Source of the DNA: Actinomycetota bacterium
GTDB taxonomy: Bacteria > Actinomycetota > Acidimicrobiia > Acidimicrobiales > VFJN01
Direction of reading: 5' to 3'
NCBI GenBank assembly: GCA_046744485.1
Contig: JBKPHE010000054.1
Coordinates: forward strand, 1-59,984
Length of the DNA: 59,984 nt
Position 1 is the first letter of the stretch. Each line of letters starts with the position of its first letter. The notes beneath the pieces are model-generated. The model was given only the letters and a program-made list of their open reading frames with translations. It was not told the origin of the DNA and searched no databases. The translations under genes were made by a program, and so were the position numbers. Positions 45,383-54,520 of this stretch are shown here, piece after piece.

Positions 45383-45916
45383 ATGCAGCGGGTCTCGGTG
45401 GTCGGGGTGTCCGGCTCCGGCAAGACGACGGTCGGTCGGCAGCTGGCCGCGTCGATGGGCGTGCCCTTCGTGGAGCTCGATGGGATCTTCCACCAGCCCG
45501 GCTGGGCCGAGCTCCCTCGGGATGAGTTCCGCGAGCGGGTGGGTGTGGCGCTGTCGGCTCCGGGATGGGTGGTCGACGGCAACTACTCGGCGGTGCGCAA
45601 CCTGGTGTGGGACCGGGCGGACACCGTGGTATGGCTGGACCTGCCGCGTCGGCACGTGATGCGCCGGATCATCCTGCGCACCGTCCGCCGTGCCGTCACC
45701 CGCGAGGCGCTGTGGAACGGCAACCGTGAGCCCTTGACCAACTTCTACCGGCTGGACCCGGAGAAGAACATCATCCGTTGGGCATGGGTCAAGCACGCCG
45801 GTTACGTCGAGCGCTACGACGCGGCCATGCACGATTCGGCGTTCGACCATCTCCGCTTCGTGAGGTTGCGGACGCCTCATGAAATCGACGGGTTCCTCGC
45901 TTCCATCTGCCCGTAG
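45383..45916 (+). CDS. P-loop NTPase, adenylate-kinase/FlaR-like
   Basis: MQRVSVVGVSGSGKTT (Walker A) at the N-terminus. ATG 45341 is the longer alternative start. Confidence 0.82.
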   Translation: MQRVSVVGVSGSGKTTVGRQLAASMGVPFVELDGIFHQPGWAELPRDEFRERVGVALSAPGWVVDGNYSAVRNLVWDRADTVVWLDLPRRHVMRRIILRTVRRAVTREALWNGNREPLTNFYRLDPEKNIIRWAWVKHAGYVERYDAAMHDSAFDHLRFVRLRTPHEIDGFLASICP

Positions 45917-45980
45917 GCGCCGGGCCGTTCACACCGGGACCTCGGTCAAGGGAGGTCTGGACGCCCTAGCCTGCCGGCCG

Positions 45981-46854
45981 GTGCCGCCCGCCCGTGCGAT
46001 TCTCGACTGTGAGCGGTGGTTCGTACGCCGGGGAGTCCCGCACTTCATCGAGGATTACGGCGCCAGCGAGCACATCTGGACGCGGTCGTTGCCTCTGCTG
46101 ATCGTGATCTACGTGCTGCGGGGGCTGTACGCGGTCGGTGGCCTTGGCCGACTCGATCGGATCCGTGCTGCGGCGGGCGCTGCCACTGCTCCTGGTCTCC
46201 ATCACGTTCCTGTTCCTCGCCGCTGAGGCATGGGAGATCCTCGGCCAGCTCCATGGCATCGCATACCTTCTGGTGCTCGGGCTCTTCGTCGGCATCGGCG
46301 CCGCGTTCGTATTGAGCCACCTTCCCGGCGACGTCTCTGCGGCGGGCACTCTCGACTCGTGGGGAGACGTGCGCGCGCTCGTCGCCGGAACCCCGGCCCG
46401 GGCGATCGAGCTGCCGTCCTCCGGACAGCCGCCCCCGATGGCCCTGTCACCCCGCGAACGCGTGAACGTCGCGCTCGTCGGCCTGTTTGCCCGCACCGTC
46501 CAGATAGCCGCCGTGGCCGCTGGCGTCTGGCTGTTCCTCGTCGCGTTCGGGACGTTGGCGATGACGGAGCACTCCACCGTCCACTGGGTCGGCGGCGACG
46601 TCAACGTGCTGCTCTCGTGGTCGCTCGACCAGCGCCAGATGGTGGTGACGGAGGAGCTGCTCCGGGTCGCGGGCTTTCTCGCCACCTTCACCGGGCTGTC
46701 GTTCACCGTGTACCTGGTGACCGATCCCACCTACCGCGACGAGTTTCGAACCGACGTGGCCAGCGAGCTCCGCGAGGCCTTCGGGGTGCGCGCCGCGTAC
46801 CGCTGGGCCTTGGCACACGAGTCGTCGGCGGTCACCCCCGACCCCAGCGGCTGA
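45981..46854 (+). pseudogene. membrane protein gene apparently split by a +1 frameshift near 46135-46140
   Basis: One frame (from GTG 45981?) gives PPARAILDCERWFVRRGVPHFIEDYGASEHIWTRSLPLLIVIYVLRGLYAVG and keeps G/C third positions up to ~46138. The bias then moves to the +1 frame (ALADSIGSVLRRALPLLLVSITFLFLAAEAW..., stop 46852-46854). The first frame continues with poor bias to TGA 46226. Confidence 0.6.
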
Positions 46855-47001
46855 GGCGACAACGGGCGGCGAACACGCCGTAGACGATCTCGAGGGCCGC
46901 CGGCGTTGCCCACCGTGCCGGCCTCCGCCGGAGACCAGCCCCCCGAAGCAGGTCATCTCGGCATGCCGCGATGGGCCACCGGCCCGACGGGGTTCGGGAC
47001 G

Positions 47002-48063
47002 CTACGCCTGGGGTGAAACCGATACGCGGTGGGATGCCTCCGGCCAGATGTCGCGGTCACGCTCGCCACCGTCGTCTCGTATGCCCGTGGTACGGAACTG
47101 GGACCGGTAGGCGCCGGGTGTCACGCCGAGCTCGCGTAGAAAGGTGCGGCGCATCGTCTCGGCGGATCCGAAGCCGGTGCGAGCGGCGACCACGGGGAGC
47201 CCGTCGTCGCCGCCTTCGAGCATGGCCCGAGCAGCTTCGACCCGGACCCGCTCGACATAGGCACCGGCGGTCAGCCCGACCTGTTCCTCGAATAGCCGGC
47301 TGAAGTGACGGACGCTGAAGTTGGCTCGTTCAGCCATGGCGCTCAGGGAGTGGTCGCCGGCGGGATCGAGCGCGACCGCGTCGAGGACGCGACGTAGCGG
47401 CTCGCTCTTCACGGCCGGCGCCGAGGTCCACGGACTGAACTGCGACTGGCCACCAGGGCGCGCGAGGAAGACGACGAGGATCTTGGCCGCGGTGCGGGCG
47501 ACTCCGGCGCCGAGGTCATCTTCGACCAGCCCAAGTGCGAGGTCGATGCCCGCGGCGATGCCGGCCGCCGTGAAGACGTTGCCGTCGCGCACGAACAACG
47601 CGTCGTCGTCGACCTTCACCTCCGGGAACTCCCTGGACAGGGCGGCGGCGTGGCGCCAGTGGGTCGCGGCCTGCCGGCCGTCGAGCAGTCCGGCGGCGGC
47701 CAATGCGAAGGTGCCCGTGCACACCGAGACGATGCGCCGGGCACGCGGCGCCAAGCGGGCCACCTGGGCGACGAGCGTGGGCGCCAGGAGGAGATGCCAG
47801 TTCGGTGTGCCGGCCACCAGCAGTGTGTCGATGTCACCGGCGCCGAGATCTTCGAGGGCGACATCGGCGCCCAGGCGATTGCCCGTGGTGGTGACGACGT
47901 CCTGCCCTCCGAGTGTGGCCACCCGGGCCACGTAGTGGTCGCCTTGCTCGTTGGCCACCGTGAACACTTCGAGCGGGCCCACGACGTCGAGGAAGCGGAC
48001 GCCATCGAACGCTACGACGACGACCTTGCGCGGGCCCTTCGCGCCGATGGCGTTGTGGACCAT
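47002..48063 (-). CDS. GlxA family transcriptional regulator (DJ-1/PfpI domain + AraC HTH)
   Basis: ATG 48063. VSVCTGTFALAAAGLLDGR and HFSRLFEEQVGLTAGAYVERVRVEAARAML. Confidence 0.9.
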   Translation of the reverse strand: MVHNAIGAKGPRKVVVVAFDGVRFLDVVGPLEVFTVANEQGDHYVARVATLGGQDVVTTTGNRLGADVALEDLGAGDIDTLLVAGTPNWHLLLAPTLVAQVARLAPRARRIVSVCTGTFALAAAGLLDGRQAATHWRHAAALSREFPEVKVDDDALFVRDGNVFTAAGIAAGIDLALGLVEDDLGAGVARTAAKILVVFLARPGGQSQFSPWTSAPAVKSEPLRRVLDAVALDPAGDHSLSAMAERANFSVRHFSRLFEEQVGLTAGAYVERVRVEAARAMLEGGDDGLPVVAARTGFGSAETMRRTFLRELGVTPGAYRSQFRTTGIRDDGGERDRDIWPEASHRVSVSPQA

Positions 48064-48336
48064 GTCCCAATCGTGGGACCTCGGCACCCCGTGCGCAACG
48101 ACTTGACCCTCGGATCCGGACAGCGTGTCCGCCGTCGAGGGTTGCGCTGGCGGGATGGCCGGATCCGAGGGCGCGCTGTCATTGCCGCGCGAACCGAACC
48201 GGTGCACTCTCGAACCTGCGAAGCAACGAGATCGGCCGGCGGGCCTGTTGCACCGGCGCTGACAGAGCCGCCACCGAGCCCACCAGCACCCATCAGGCCC
48301 GGGACGCGAAGCGTCCCCCTGCGGTGGAGGTCCACC

Positions 48337-50559
48337 ATGTCCCGATATCTGGCCAACCTCGCGCGCTCCAGCGCTCGCCACCCGTGGCGGACGATCCTCT
48401 TCTGGGTCGTCGCGCTGGCCACAGTCTCGTCGATCGCCGGCCGGCTGGACGGCGAGTTCGTCGACGACTTCCGACTACCGGACAGCGACGCCCAGAAGGC
48501 CGCCGACAAGCTAGAGAAGTCATTCCCAACCCAGGCCGGCGGCAGCGCCACAGTCGTTTTCTCCGTTCAGGAGGGCTCGCTGCGCAGCCAGGCGAACGCC
48601 GACGCCATCGGGTCCTCGTTGGCCGACGTCGCCCGACTGGACCATGTGGTCTCGGTGTCCGACCCCCTCACGACGGGCACCATCTCGTCCACGGAGGAGA
48701 TCGGCTTCGCCGAGGTGCGCTACGACCGGGATGTCATCGATCTCGGGAAGGACGACTTCGAGTCCCTCGAGGGGACCGTGGCGCCGCTGCGCGACCAGGG
48801 CGTGCAGGCCGAGGTCGGCGGACCCCTGGCGGCGTGGGAGCAGGCCACCGAGACAGCGTCGGAGCAGATCGGCTTGCTGATCGCCATCGTCGTGCTGCTC
48901 TTCGCATTCGGTTCGGTCATCGCGATGCTGCTGCCCATCGGCATGGCCCTGTTCGCGTTGGTGGTGGGCGAGACGCTCATCGCCATCCTCGCGGCGTCGA
49001 CCAGCGTCCCCACCTCGGCTTCGACGCTGGCGGCGATGATCGGGCTCGGCGTTGGCATCGACTACTCGCTGTTCATCGTCACCCGCTTCCGTGAGGTCCG
49101 TCGCACCGGCACCGGCACCGGCGTCGTCGACGCCGCAGCCCAGGCGTCGGCCACGGCAGGATCGGCGGTTCTCTTCGCGGGCACGTCCGTCGTGATCGCG
49201 ATCTCCGGTCTGTTGATCTCCGGCATCTGGGCGGTCGGGCTCCTTGGCTTGGCTGCGGCGATTGTCGTGGCCGTGAGCGTCGTGTCCGCCCTCACCCTGC
49301 TGCCCGCTCTGCTGGGCCTGCTGGGCGGTCGGGTCGATCGGCTCAGGGTGCCCCTGCTTGGCCCCCGGCGCCGCCGAGCCGACGCCGGTCTGTCGACCCG
49401 CTGGGCCGGTCATGTGACCCGCCATCCCGTCGCCGCAGCCTTGACCGGCACGCTGGCGCTGATCGCGCTCGCAGCGCCGGTCGTGGATATGCGCCTGGGC
49501 CAGAACGATCAGGGCAGCCAGCCACCGGAGACCAGCCAACGCCGGGCATACGACCTGCTCGCCGACGGCTTCGGTCCCGGCTTCAACGGCCCCTTGCTGA
49601 TGGTCGCCACCGTCCCCGACGAAGCAGCTCAGCAGGACCTGGAGGAACTGCGCAGCCAGGTCGCGGCCACGCCGGGTGTCGCGGCAGTATCGGTACCCAC
49701 GTTCAATCCCGCCGGCGACGTCGCCGTGTTCAACGCGATGCCGACCACCGCACCGCAGGCCGCCGAAACCGCCGACGTCGTCCACCGGCTGCGCGACGTC
49801 GTGGTCCCGGCGGCGACCGATGGAACCGGCCTCCGCATGCTCGTCGGCGGCAACACCGCGGCCTTCGTCGACCTCGACCGTCAGATGAGCGCCCGCCTGC
49901 CGATCCTGATCGGCGCGGTCGTGGCACTGGCGTTCGTCCTGCTCATGCTTGCCTTCCGGTCGATCCTGGTCCCGCTGAAGGCCGCGCTCATGAACCTGCT
50001 CTCCGTGGGTGCCGCCTATGGCGTGATCGTGGCCGTGTTCCAGTGGGGCTGGGGCAAGGACGTCGTCGGTCTCTCGGAGACCATCCCGATCGTGTCCTGG
50101 GTGCCGATGCTCTTGTTTGCCATCCTCTTCGGCCTCTCGATGGAGTACGAGGTCTTCCTCCTGTCGCGGATCCGCGAGGAATACGTCCGCACCGGTGCCC
50201 CGCGCGGCAGCGTCGCCCGCGGTTTGGCAGCCACGGCGCGGGTGATCACGGCCGCGGCCCTGATCATGATCGCCGTGTTCACGGCCTTCGTGGCCAACCC
50301 TGAGCCGGTGACCAAGATGGTCGGCCTCGGTCTGGCGGTCGCCGTGCTCGTCGACGCCACCATCGTGCGCATGCTTCTGGTGCCCTCGCTCATGGTCCTG
50401 ATGGGCGCCGCCAATTGGTGGCTGCCGCGTTGGCTCGATCGGATCCTGCCCCGCCTCCACGTCGAAGGCCCGGCGGCTGTGCCCCATTCGGTCTCGGATC
50501 ACACGCCATCGGCGCCCCCGGCGGCAGAACGCGAGCTCGTGTCCGCTGGCGAGCGCTGA
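48337..50559 (+). CDS. MMPL family transporter
   Basis: ATG 48337 lies 6 nt after GGAGG. There are two 6-TM halves, with GVGIDYSLFIVTRFRE and GLSMEYEVFLLSRIREE. The upstream part of ORF 47650..50559 is antisense shadow of the GlxA gene. Confidence 0.92.
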   Translation: MSRYLANLARSSARHPWRTILFWVVALATVSSIAGRLDGEFVDDFRLPDSDAQKAADKLEKSFPTQAGGSATVVFSVQEGSLRSQANADAIGSSLADVARLDHVVSVSDPLTTGTISSTEEIGFAEVRYDRDVIDLGKDDFESLEGTVAPLRDQGVQAEVGGPLAAWEQATETASEQIGLLIAIVVLLFAFGSVIAMLLPIGMALFALVVGETLIAILAASTSVPTSASTLAAMIGLGVGIDYSLFIVTRFREVRRTGTGTGVVDAAAQASATAGSAVLFAGTSVVIAISGLLISGIWAVGLLGLAAAIVVAVSVVSALTLLPALLGLLGGRVDRLRVPLLGPRRRRADAGLSTRWAGHVTRHPVAAALTGTLALIALAAPVVDMRLGQNDQGSQPPETSQRRAYDLLADGFGPGFNGPLLMVATVPDEAAQQDLEELRSQVAATPGVAAVSVPTFNPAGDVAVFNAMPTTAPQAAETADVVHRLRDVVVPAATDGTGLRMLVGGNTAAFVDLDRQMSARLPILIGAVVALAFVLLMLAFRSILVPLKAALMNLLSVGAAYGVIVAVFQWGWGKDVVGLSETIPIVSWVPMLLFAILFGLSMEYEVFLLSRIREEYVRTGAPRGSVARGLAATARVITAAALIMIAVFTAFVANPEPVTKMVGLGLAVAVLVDATIVRMLLVPSLMVLMGAANWWLPRWLDRILPRLHVEGPAAVPHSVSDHTPSAPPAAERELVSAGER

Positions 50560-50662
50560 TACCCGCCCCCGACCGTGAGGGCACACCCCGCTCTCACGGT
50601 CGGGCCGGCTGTGCAGGCCTTCCAACTGCTCGTCGGGTCCGGCCGCCGAGCTCCGGTCGTGG

Positions 50663-51538
50663 TCAGTCGTCGAGGACCGCCAGGTCGAGCCTGCCGAGGC
50701 GTTCGGGGTCGGTGAGCGCGTCGATCTCGACGATCCTGCCGTCCTTGACCGTGAACGCGATGACCGAAGCCAGCTTTCCGCCGGCCATGATCACGACCCC
50801 CGCGGCTCCGTTGACGAGCGCGGGTCGCAGGATCGCCGACGGCTGCGCATACATGAGCGCCCGCCCGGCAACGACCTCTGCGCCGCGCACGATCGCCGAC
50901 GCGCCCGGACCGCCGTCGGTCCGCGCCACGACGTCGGGGTCGAGAACGGCGACCAGGGCGTCGAAGTCGCCGCCCCGGGCAGCAGCGAAGAACGCATCGA
51001 CCACCTCACGCTGGCGGCCGACGTCGGGATCGGGAGCCGGTGCTGTTCCCCGCACCCGCCGGCGTGCCCGGCTCGCAAGCTGCCGTGTCGCCGTGGGGGA
51101 GCGCCCGAGCATGGGAGCGATCTCGTCGAAGGGTACGGCGAACATGTCGTGCAGCACGAACGCCAGCCGTTCGGCCGGCGTCAGCGTCTCGAGCACCACG
51201 AGCAACGCGACGCCCACGGAGTCGGCCAGCACTGCGTCGTCCTGAGGGTCGAGCCACTCCTCGCGGCTCACGATCGGGTCGGGCACGCGGGCGTCCACGG
51301 AGTCCTCGCGCCGCGACTTGCGCGACCGGAGCATGTTGAGGCACACGCGGGCGACGACCGTCGTGAGCCAACCGCCCAGGTTCTCGACGCCGCTGGTGTC
51401 GGCACGGCTCAGGCGTAGCCAGGCCTCCTGGACGGCGTCGTCGGCGTCGCTGAGCGAGCCCAGCATCCGGTAGGCGACCGCCCGCAGGTGGGGTCGATTC
51501 GCCTCGAACCGTTCCACCAGCCAGTCGCGTTGGTCCAT
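50663..51538 (-). CDS. ECF sigma factor with fused C-terminal SnoaL/NTF2-like domain (SigJ/ECF41-like)
   Basis: Region 2 is DADDAVQEAWLRL. Region 4 is LTPAERLAFVLHDMFAVPFDEIAPMLGRSPTATRQLASRARRRV. A ~110-aa extension follows. 291 aa. Confidence 0.9.
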   Translation of the reverse strand: MDQRDWLVERFEANRPHLRAVAYRMLGSLSDADDAVQEAWLRLSRADTSGVENLGGWLTTVVARVCLNMLRSRKSRREDSVDARVPDPIVSREEWLDPQDDAVLADSVGVALLVVLETLTPAERLAFVLHDMFAVPFDEIAPMLGRSPTATRQLASRARRRVRGTAPAPDPDVGRQREVVDAFFAAARGGDFDALVAVLDPDVVARTDGGPGASAIVRGAEVVAGRALMYAQPSAILRPALVNGAAGVVIMAGGKLASVIAFTVKDGRIVEIDALTDPERLGRLDLAVLDD

Positions 51539-51715
51539 CGGTCACATTCCTTCTTCGCGTCGTGTCATACCGATGACCCCCGAAACCTGGCCGGTGTGAC
51601 ACGGACCGGTCCTCGTGGGGCGTCACGGCTCAGCGATGGCGAAGCCCGGAAGCCCCCGGCAGTTGCCGGCGCGGCTTGGTGATCCCGGTCCATACACGGA
51701 AAGGTGAAACTCCCA

Positions 51716-52014
51716 ATGAGCGTGATGATGATCCGTGCCAACGTCAAGGACGAGCGCGTCGCCGACGTCGAAGCAGCGGTGAAGACGATGTTCTCCGCGA
51801 TCGAGCAGGCCGAGCCGCAAGGGGTCCGGTACGCGTCGTGCAGGCTCTCCGACAGCTCGACCTTGTGATCCTGCTGGAGCTCGAGGAAGGGACCGAGAAC
51901 CCTCTTCCCGCGGTGGCCGAGTTCAGGCAGTTCCAGGAGGGACTCAAGGACTGGATATCGGAGCCGCCCGTTCCGGAGCTGCTGAGCGTCATCGGGTCGT
52001 ATCGCCTGTTCTGA
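51716..52014 (+). pseudogene. small (~99 aa) conserved hypothetical, possibly ABM/ferredoxin-fold, interrupted by a 1-nt deletion
   Basis: ATG 51716 (GGAAAGG upstream) gives MSVMMIRANVKDERVADVEAAVKTMFSAIEQAEPQGVRYASCRLSDSST, then TGA 51866. The -1 frame continues LVILLELEEGTENPLPAVAEFRQFQEGLKDWISEPPVPELLSVIGSYRLF to 52014. One extra base near 51865 would read ...STFVILLELEEG. Confidence 0.65.
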
Positions 52015-52047
52015 GGCTCGACATGGTCCGCGCCCCTGGGACGGCAC

Positions 52048-52359
52048 GTGACATGCAAGCAACCACTTGCCTATCCTCGAGGGACGGTGAGCGACGTGTT
52101 CAAGGCTCTCGCCGATCCGACACGGCGAGCGATCCTCGACGAGCTGGTCGACCGTGACGGCCAGACGCTCTTCGAGCTCTGCACCCGCCTCTCCATGACC
52201 CACGAGGTCACGTCCTCGCGCCAGGCGATCTCCCAGCACCTCGACTCCCTCGAGTCGGCGGGGCTGGTCACCACCCTGCGGGAAGGCCGGTGCAAGTTCC
52301 ACTACGTCGACACCGCACCCCTCCGAGCCATCGTGGAGCGATGGCCGATCGAGAGATGA
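52048..52359 (+). CDS. ArsR family transcriptional regulator
   Basis: FKALADPTRRAILDELVDRDGQTLFELCTRLSMTHEVTSSRQAISQHLDSLESAGLV. GTG 52087 is an alternative start. Confidence 0.85.
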   Translation: MTCKQPLAYPRGTVSDVFKALADPTRRAILDELVDRDGQTLFELCTRLSMTHEVTSSRQAISQHLDSLESAGLVTTLREGRCKFHYVDTAPLRAIVERWPIER

Positions 52360-52364
52360 GGACC

Positions 52365-52754
52365 ATGCCACGCATCAACATCACCAGCGTCTACGTCGAC
52401 GACCAGGACAAGGCCCTGCGGTTCTACACCGACGTGCTGGGGTTCGTGAAGAAGACGGAGATCCCCCTCGGTGAGGCCCGATGGTTGACCGTCGCGTCGC
52501 CCGACGACCCGAACGGCACGGAGCTGCTGCTCGAACCCGACGGCCATCCTGCGGTGGGGCCGTTCAAGCAGGCGCTCCAGACGGACGGCATCCCGTTCAC
52601 GTCGTTCGCGGTCGACGACGTGCACGCCGAGCACGAACGTCTCCGCGCCCTCGGTGTCCGGTTCACCCAGGATCCGCTCGAGATGGGATCGGTCACCACC
52701 GCCGTCCTCGACGACACCTGCGGCAACCTCATCCAGATCGCCACGGCGACGTGA
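52365..52754 (+). CDS. VOC family protein (glyoxalase/bleomycin-resistance fold)
   Basis: ATG 52365 lies 5 nt after the ArsR stop. ITSVYVDDQDKALRFYTDVLGF...FAVDDVHAEHERLRALGVRF. Confidence 0.9.
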   Translation: MPRINITSVYVDDQDKALRFYTDVLGFVKKTEIPLGEARWLTVASPDDPNGTELLLEPDGHPAVGPFKQALQTDGIPFTSFAVDDVHAEHERLRALGVRFTQDPLEMGSVTTAVLDDTCGNLIQIATAT

Positions 52755-52861
52755 CCGACGCGCCGTCATCGTGACCAGCGCGGCCTGGGTGCGTCGAACC
52801 TTGCGACCACGACACCGGCCGCTCACGAGTCTCGAACCAGGGGGCGGATAAAGTACACCCT

Positions 52862-54328
52862 GTGAACGCCTCGTCGGGTGCCGCTCGGAGGAGCCCGGCA
52901 CTCTCGGGGGGTCGACGGACGGGCGTTGTGACCCGCCGCGCCAACCCGGCGGCCGGCAAGCTCGCCGCCGCCGTCGCCGACCGCATCGTCGACGACGTGC
53001 TGGCGCAGGGCTGGCCGGTAGGTGAGGTGCTGGGGTCCGAAGCGGAGCTGCTCGATCGCTACGGCGTGAGCCGTGCCGTGTTCCGCGAGGCCGTGCGCCT
53101 GGTCGAGCACCAGCAGGTGGCGCGCATGCGGCGCGGGCCTGGCGGCGGCCTCGTCGTGCGCGAGCCCAGCGTCGAGTCGGTCATCGACGCCGTCGTCGTC
53201 TACCTCTATCGCTTGGGCGCCCGACTCGACGACGTCTTCGAGACGCGCCTCGTGCTCGAGGAGATCGTCGTCGATCTGGCGCCGGAGCGCGTCGAGGAAG
53301 CCGACATCACGGCGCTGCGCAGCTTGATCCAGCGCGAGGCGGTCGGTGACGCCGGCGATCCACGCGAGCTGCACATGCTGCTAGCCACCCTCACCCGCAA
53401 CCCTGCCCTCGAGCTGTTCGTCGACATCCTCAGCCGCGTGTCGGCCCTCTACACCGATCTGAGCCTCGTGGCGCCGAACGTGGCCCGCGAATCGAGGGAT
53501 GCCCATGTGCGCATCGTCGATGCGGTGCTGGACGGGGACCGGAGCACGGCCCGCCACCGCATGCGGCGGCACCTCGAGGCCGAGCATGCCTGGCTGCGCC
53601 GGCGTCGATCGTCGCGCCAGCTTCTCGACCCAACCGGCGTCCAGTTGACCGGCGGTGGTGACAAGCGCGGCGAGGCCGTGGCTCGTGAGGTGTTCCGCCA
53701 GGTGGTCAGCGACGGCTGGCCCGTCGGCACTTTCCTCGGGTCGGAACCCGAGCTGATGGAACGCCATGGCGTCAGCCGGGCCGTGCTGCGCGAGGCGGTT
53801 CGGCTGCTGGAGCATCACGACATCGCCGCCATGCGTCGCGGCCCCGGGGGAGGACTGTTCGTCAGCGAGCCCGGCGTCGGCACGGTCAGCGACACGGTCG
53901 CTCTCTACCTCGACCGTAGGGGGATCGAAGCAGGCAGCCTTGGCGAGCTGCGGACCGGGGTCGAGATGGCTGCGGTGGATCGGGTCATGGACAAGCTGGA
54001 CGACGACGTGCGCACCCGCCTGCGCCAGGCGCTCGAGGCCGAGCGCGCCAGCCCGGACCAGGACTTCGTGCCGGCGGTGGGCCACGACGTCCATGCGGCC
54101 CTCGCCCACCTGACCCACAATCCCGTCCTCGAGCTCGTGGCGCTCGTCCTGATCCGGCTGGCCCGGATGCATCTAGTCAACCCGTCGGGCCGCCGGTCTC
54201 GCGCGCTCATCGCCGAGGTGACGCGCGCCCACGAGCGCATCGTCGAGGCGATCGTGTCCGAGGACCGCGAGCTGGTCCGGCATCGCATGCGGCGGCACCT
54301 CGACGCTCTCCGGCCATACATGGGCTGA
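52862..54328 (+). CDS. single-chain tandem FadR/GntR family regulator (two wHTH+FCD modules)
   Basis: Module 1 is GWPVGEVLGSEAELLDRYGVSRAVFREAVRLVEHQQVARMRRGPGGGLVVREP...ARHRMRRHLEAEHAWL. Module 2 is GWPVGTFLGSEPELMERHGVSRAVLREAVRLLEHHDIAAMRRGPGGGLFVSEP...VRHRMRRHLDALRPYM. Confidence 0.88.
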   Translation: MNASSGAARRSPALSGGRRTGVVTRRANPAAGKLAAAVADRIVDDVLAQGWPVGEVLGSEAELLDRYGVSRAVFREAVRLVEHQQVARMRRGPGGGLVVREPSVESVIDAVVVYLYRLGARLDDVFETRLVLEEIVVDLAPERVEEADITALRSLIQREAVGDAGDPRELHMLLATLTRNPALELFVDILSRVSALYTDLSLVAPNVARESRDAHVRIVDAVLDGDRSTARHRMRRHLEAEHAWLRRRRSSRQLLDPTGVQLTGGGDKRGEAVAREVFRQVVSDGWPVGTFLGSEPELMERHGVSRAVLREAVRLLEHHDIAAMRRGPGGGLFVSEPGVGTVSDTVALYLDRRGIEAGSLGELRTGVEMAAVDRVMDKLDDDVRTRLRQALEAERASPDQDFVPAVGHDVHAALAHLTHNPVLELVALVLIRLARMHLVNPSGRRSRALIAEVTRAHERIVEAIVSEDRELVRHRMRRHLDALRPYMG

Positions 54329-54520
54329 CGGCAGCGCCGGAGCGCACGGCGGCGTGACCCGGCCCGGTTCCCGGCGCCGAAGTGGTTGGCGGGCAGCCAT
54401 TCCTGCGCCAAGAAGCATGCGAGGCCCGAGGCCGCGCCCGCCAGCCGAAGCTGGACCGCCGCGCTGCAAAGGGTATCCTCTTCGTCGTGGCTCGGCACCG
54501 CGGCCAGGTAATGTGGGCCG

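Noticed and set aside
52055-52070. GCAAG-n6-CTTGC inverted repeat upstream of or inside the second ArsR start region, as an operator
   Set aside because: The arms are only 5 bp, and whether it is upstream at all depends on the unresolved start codon (52048 or 52087).
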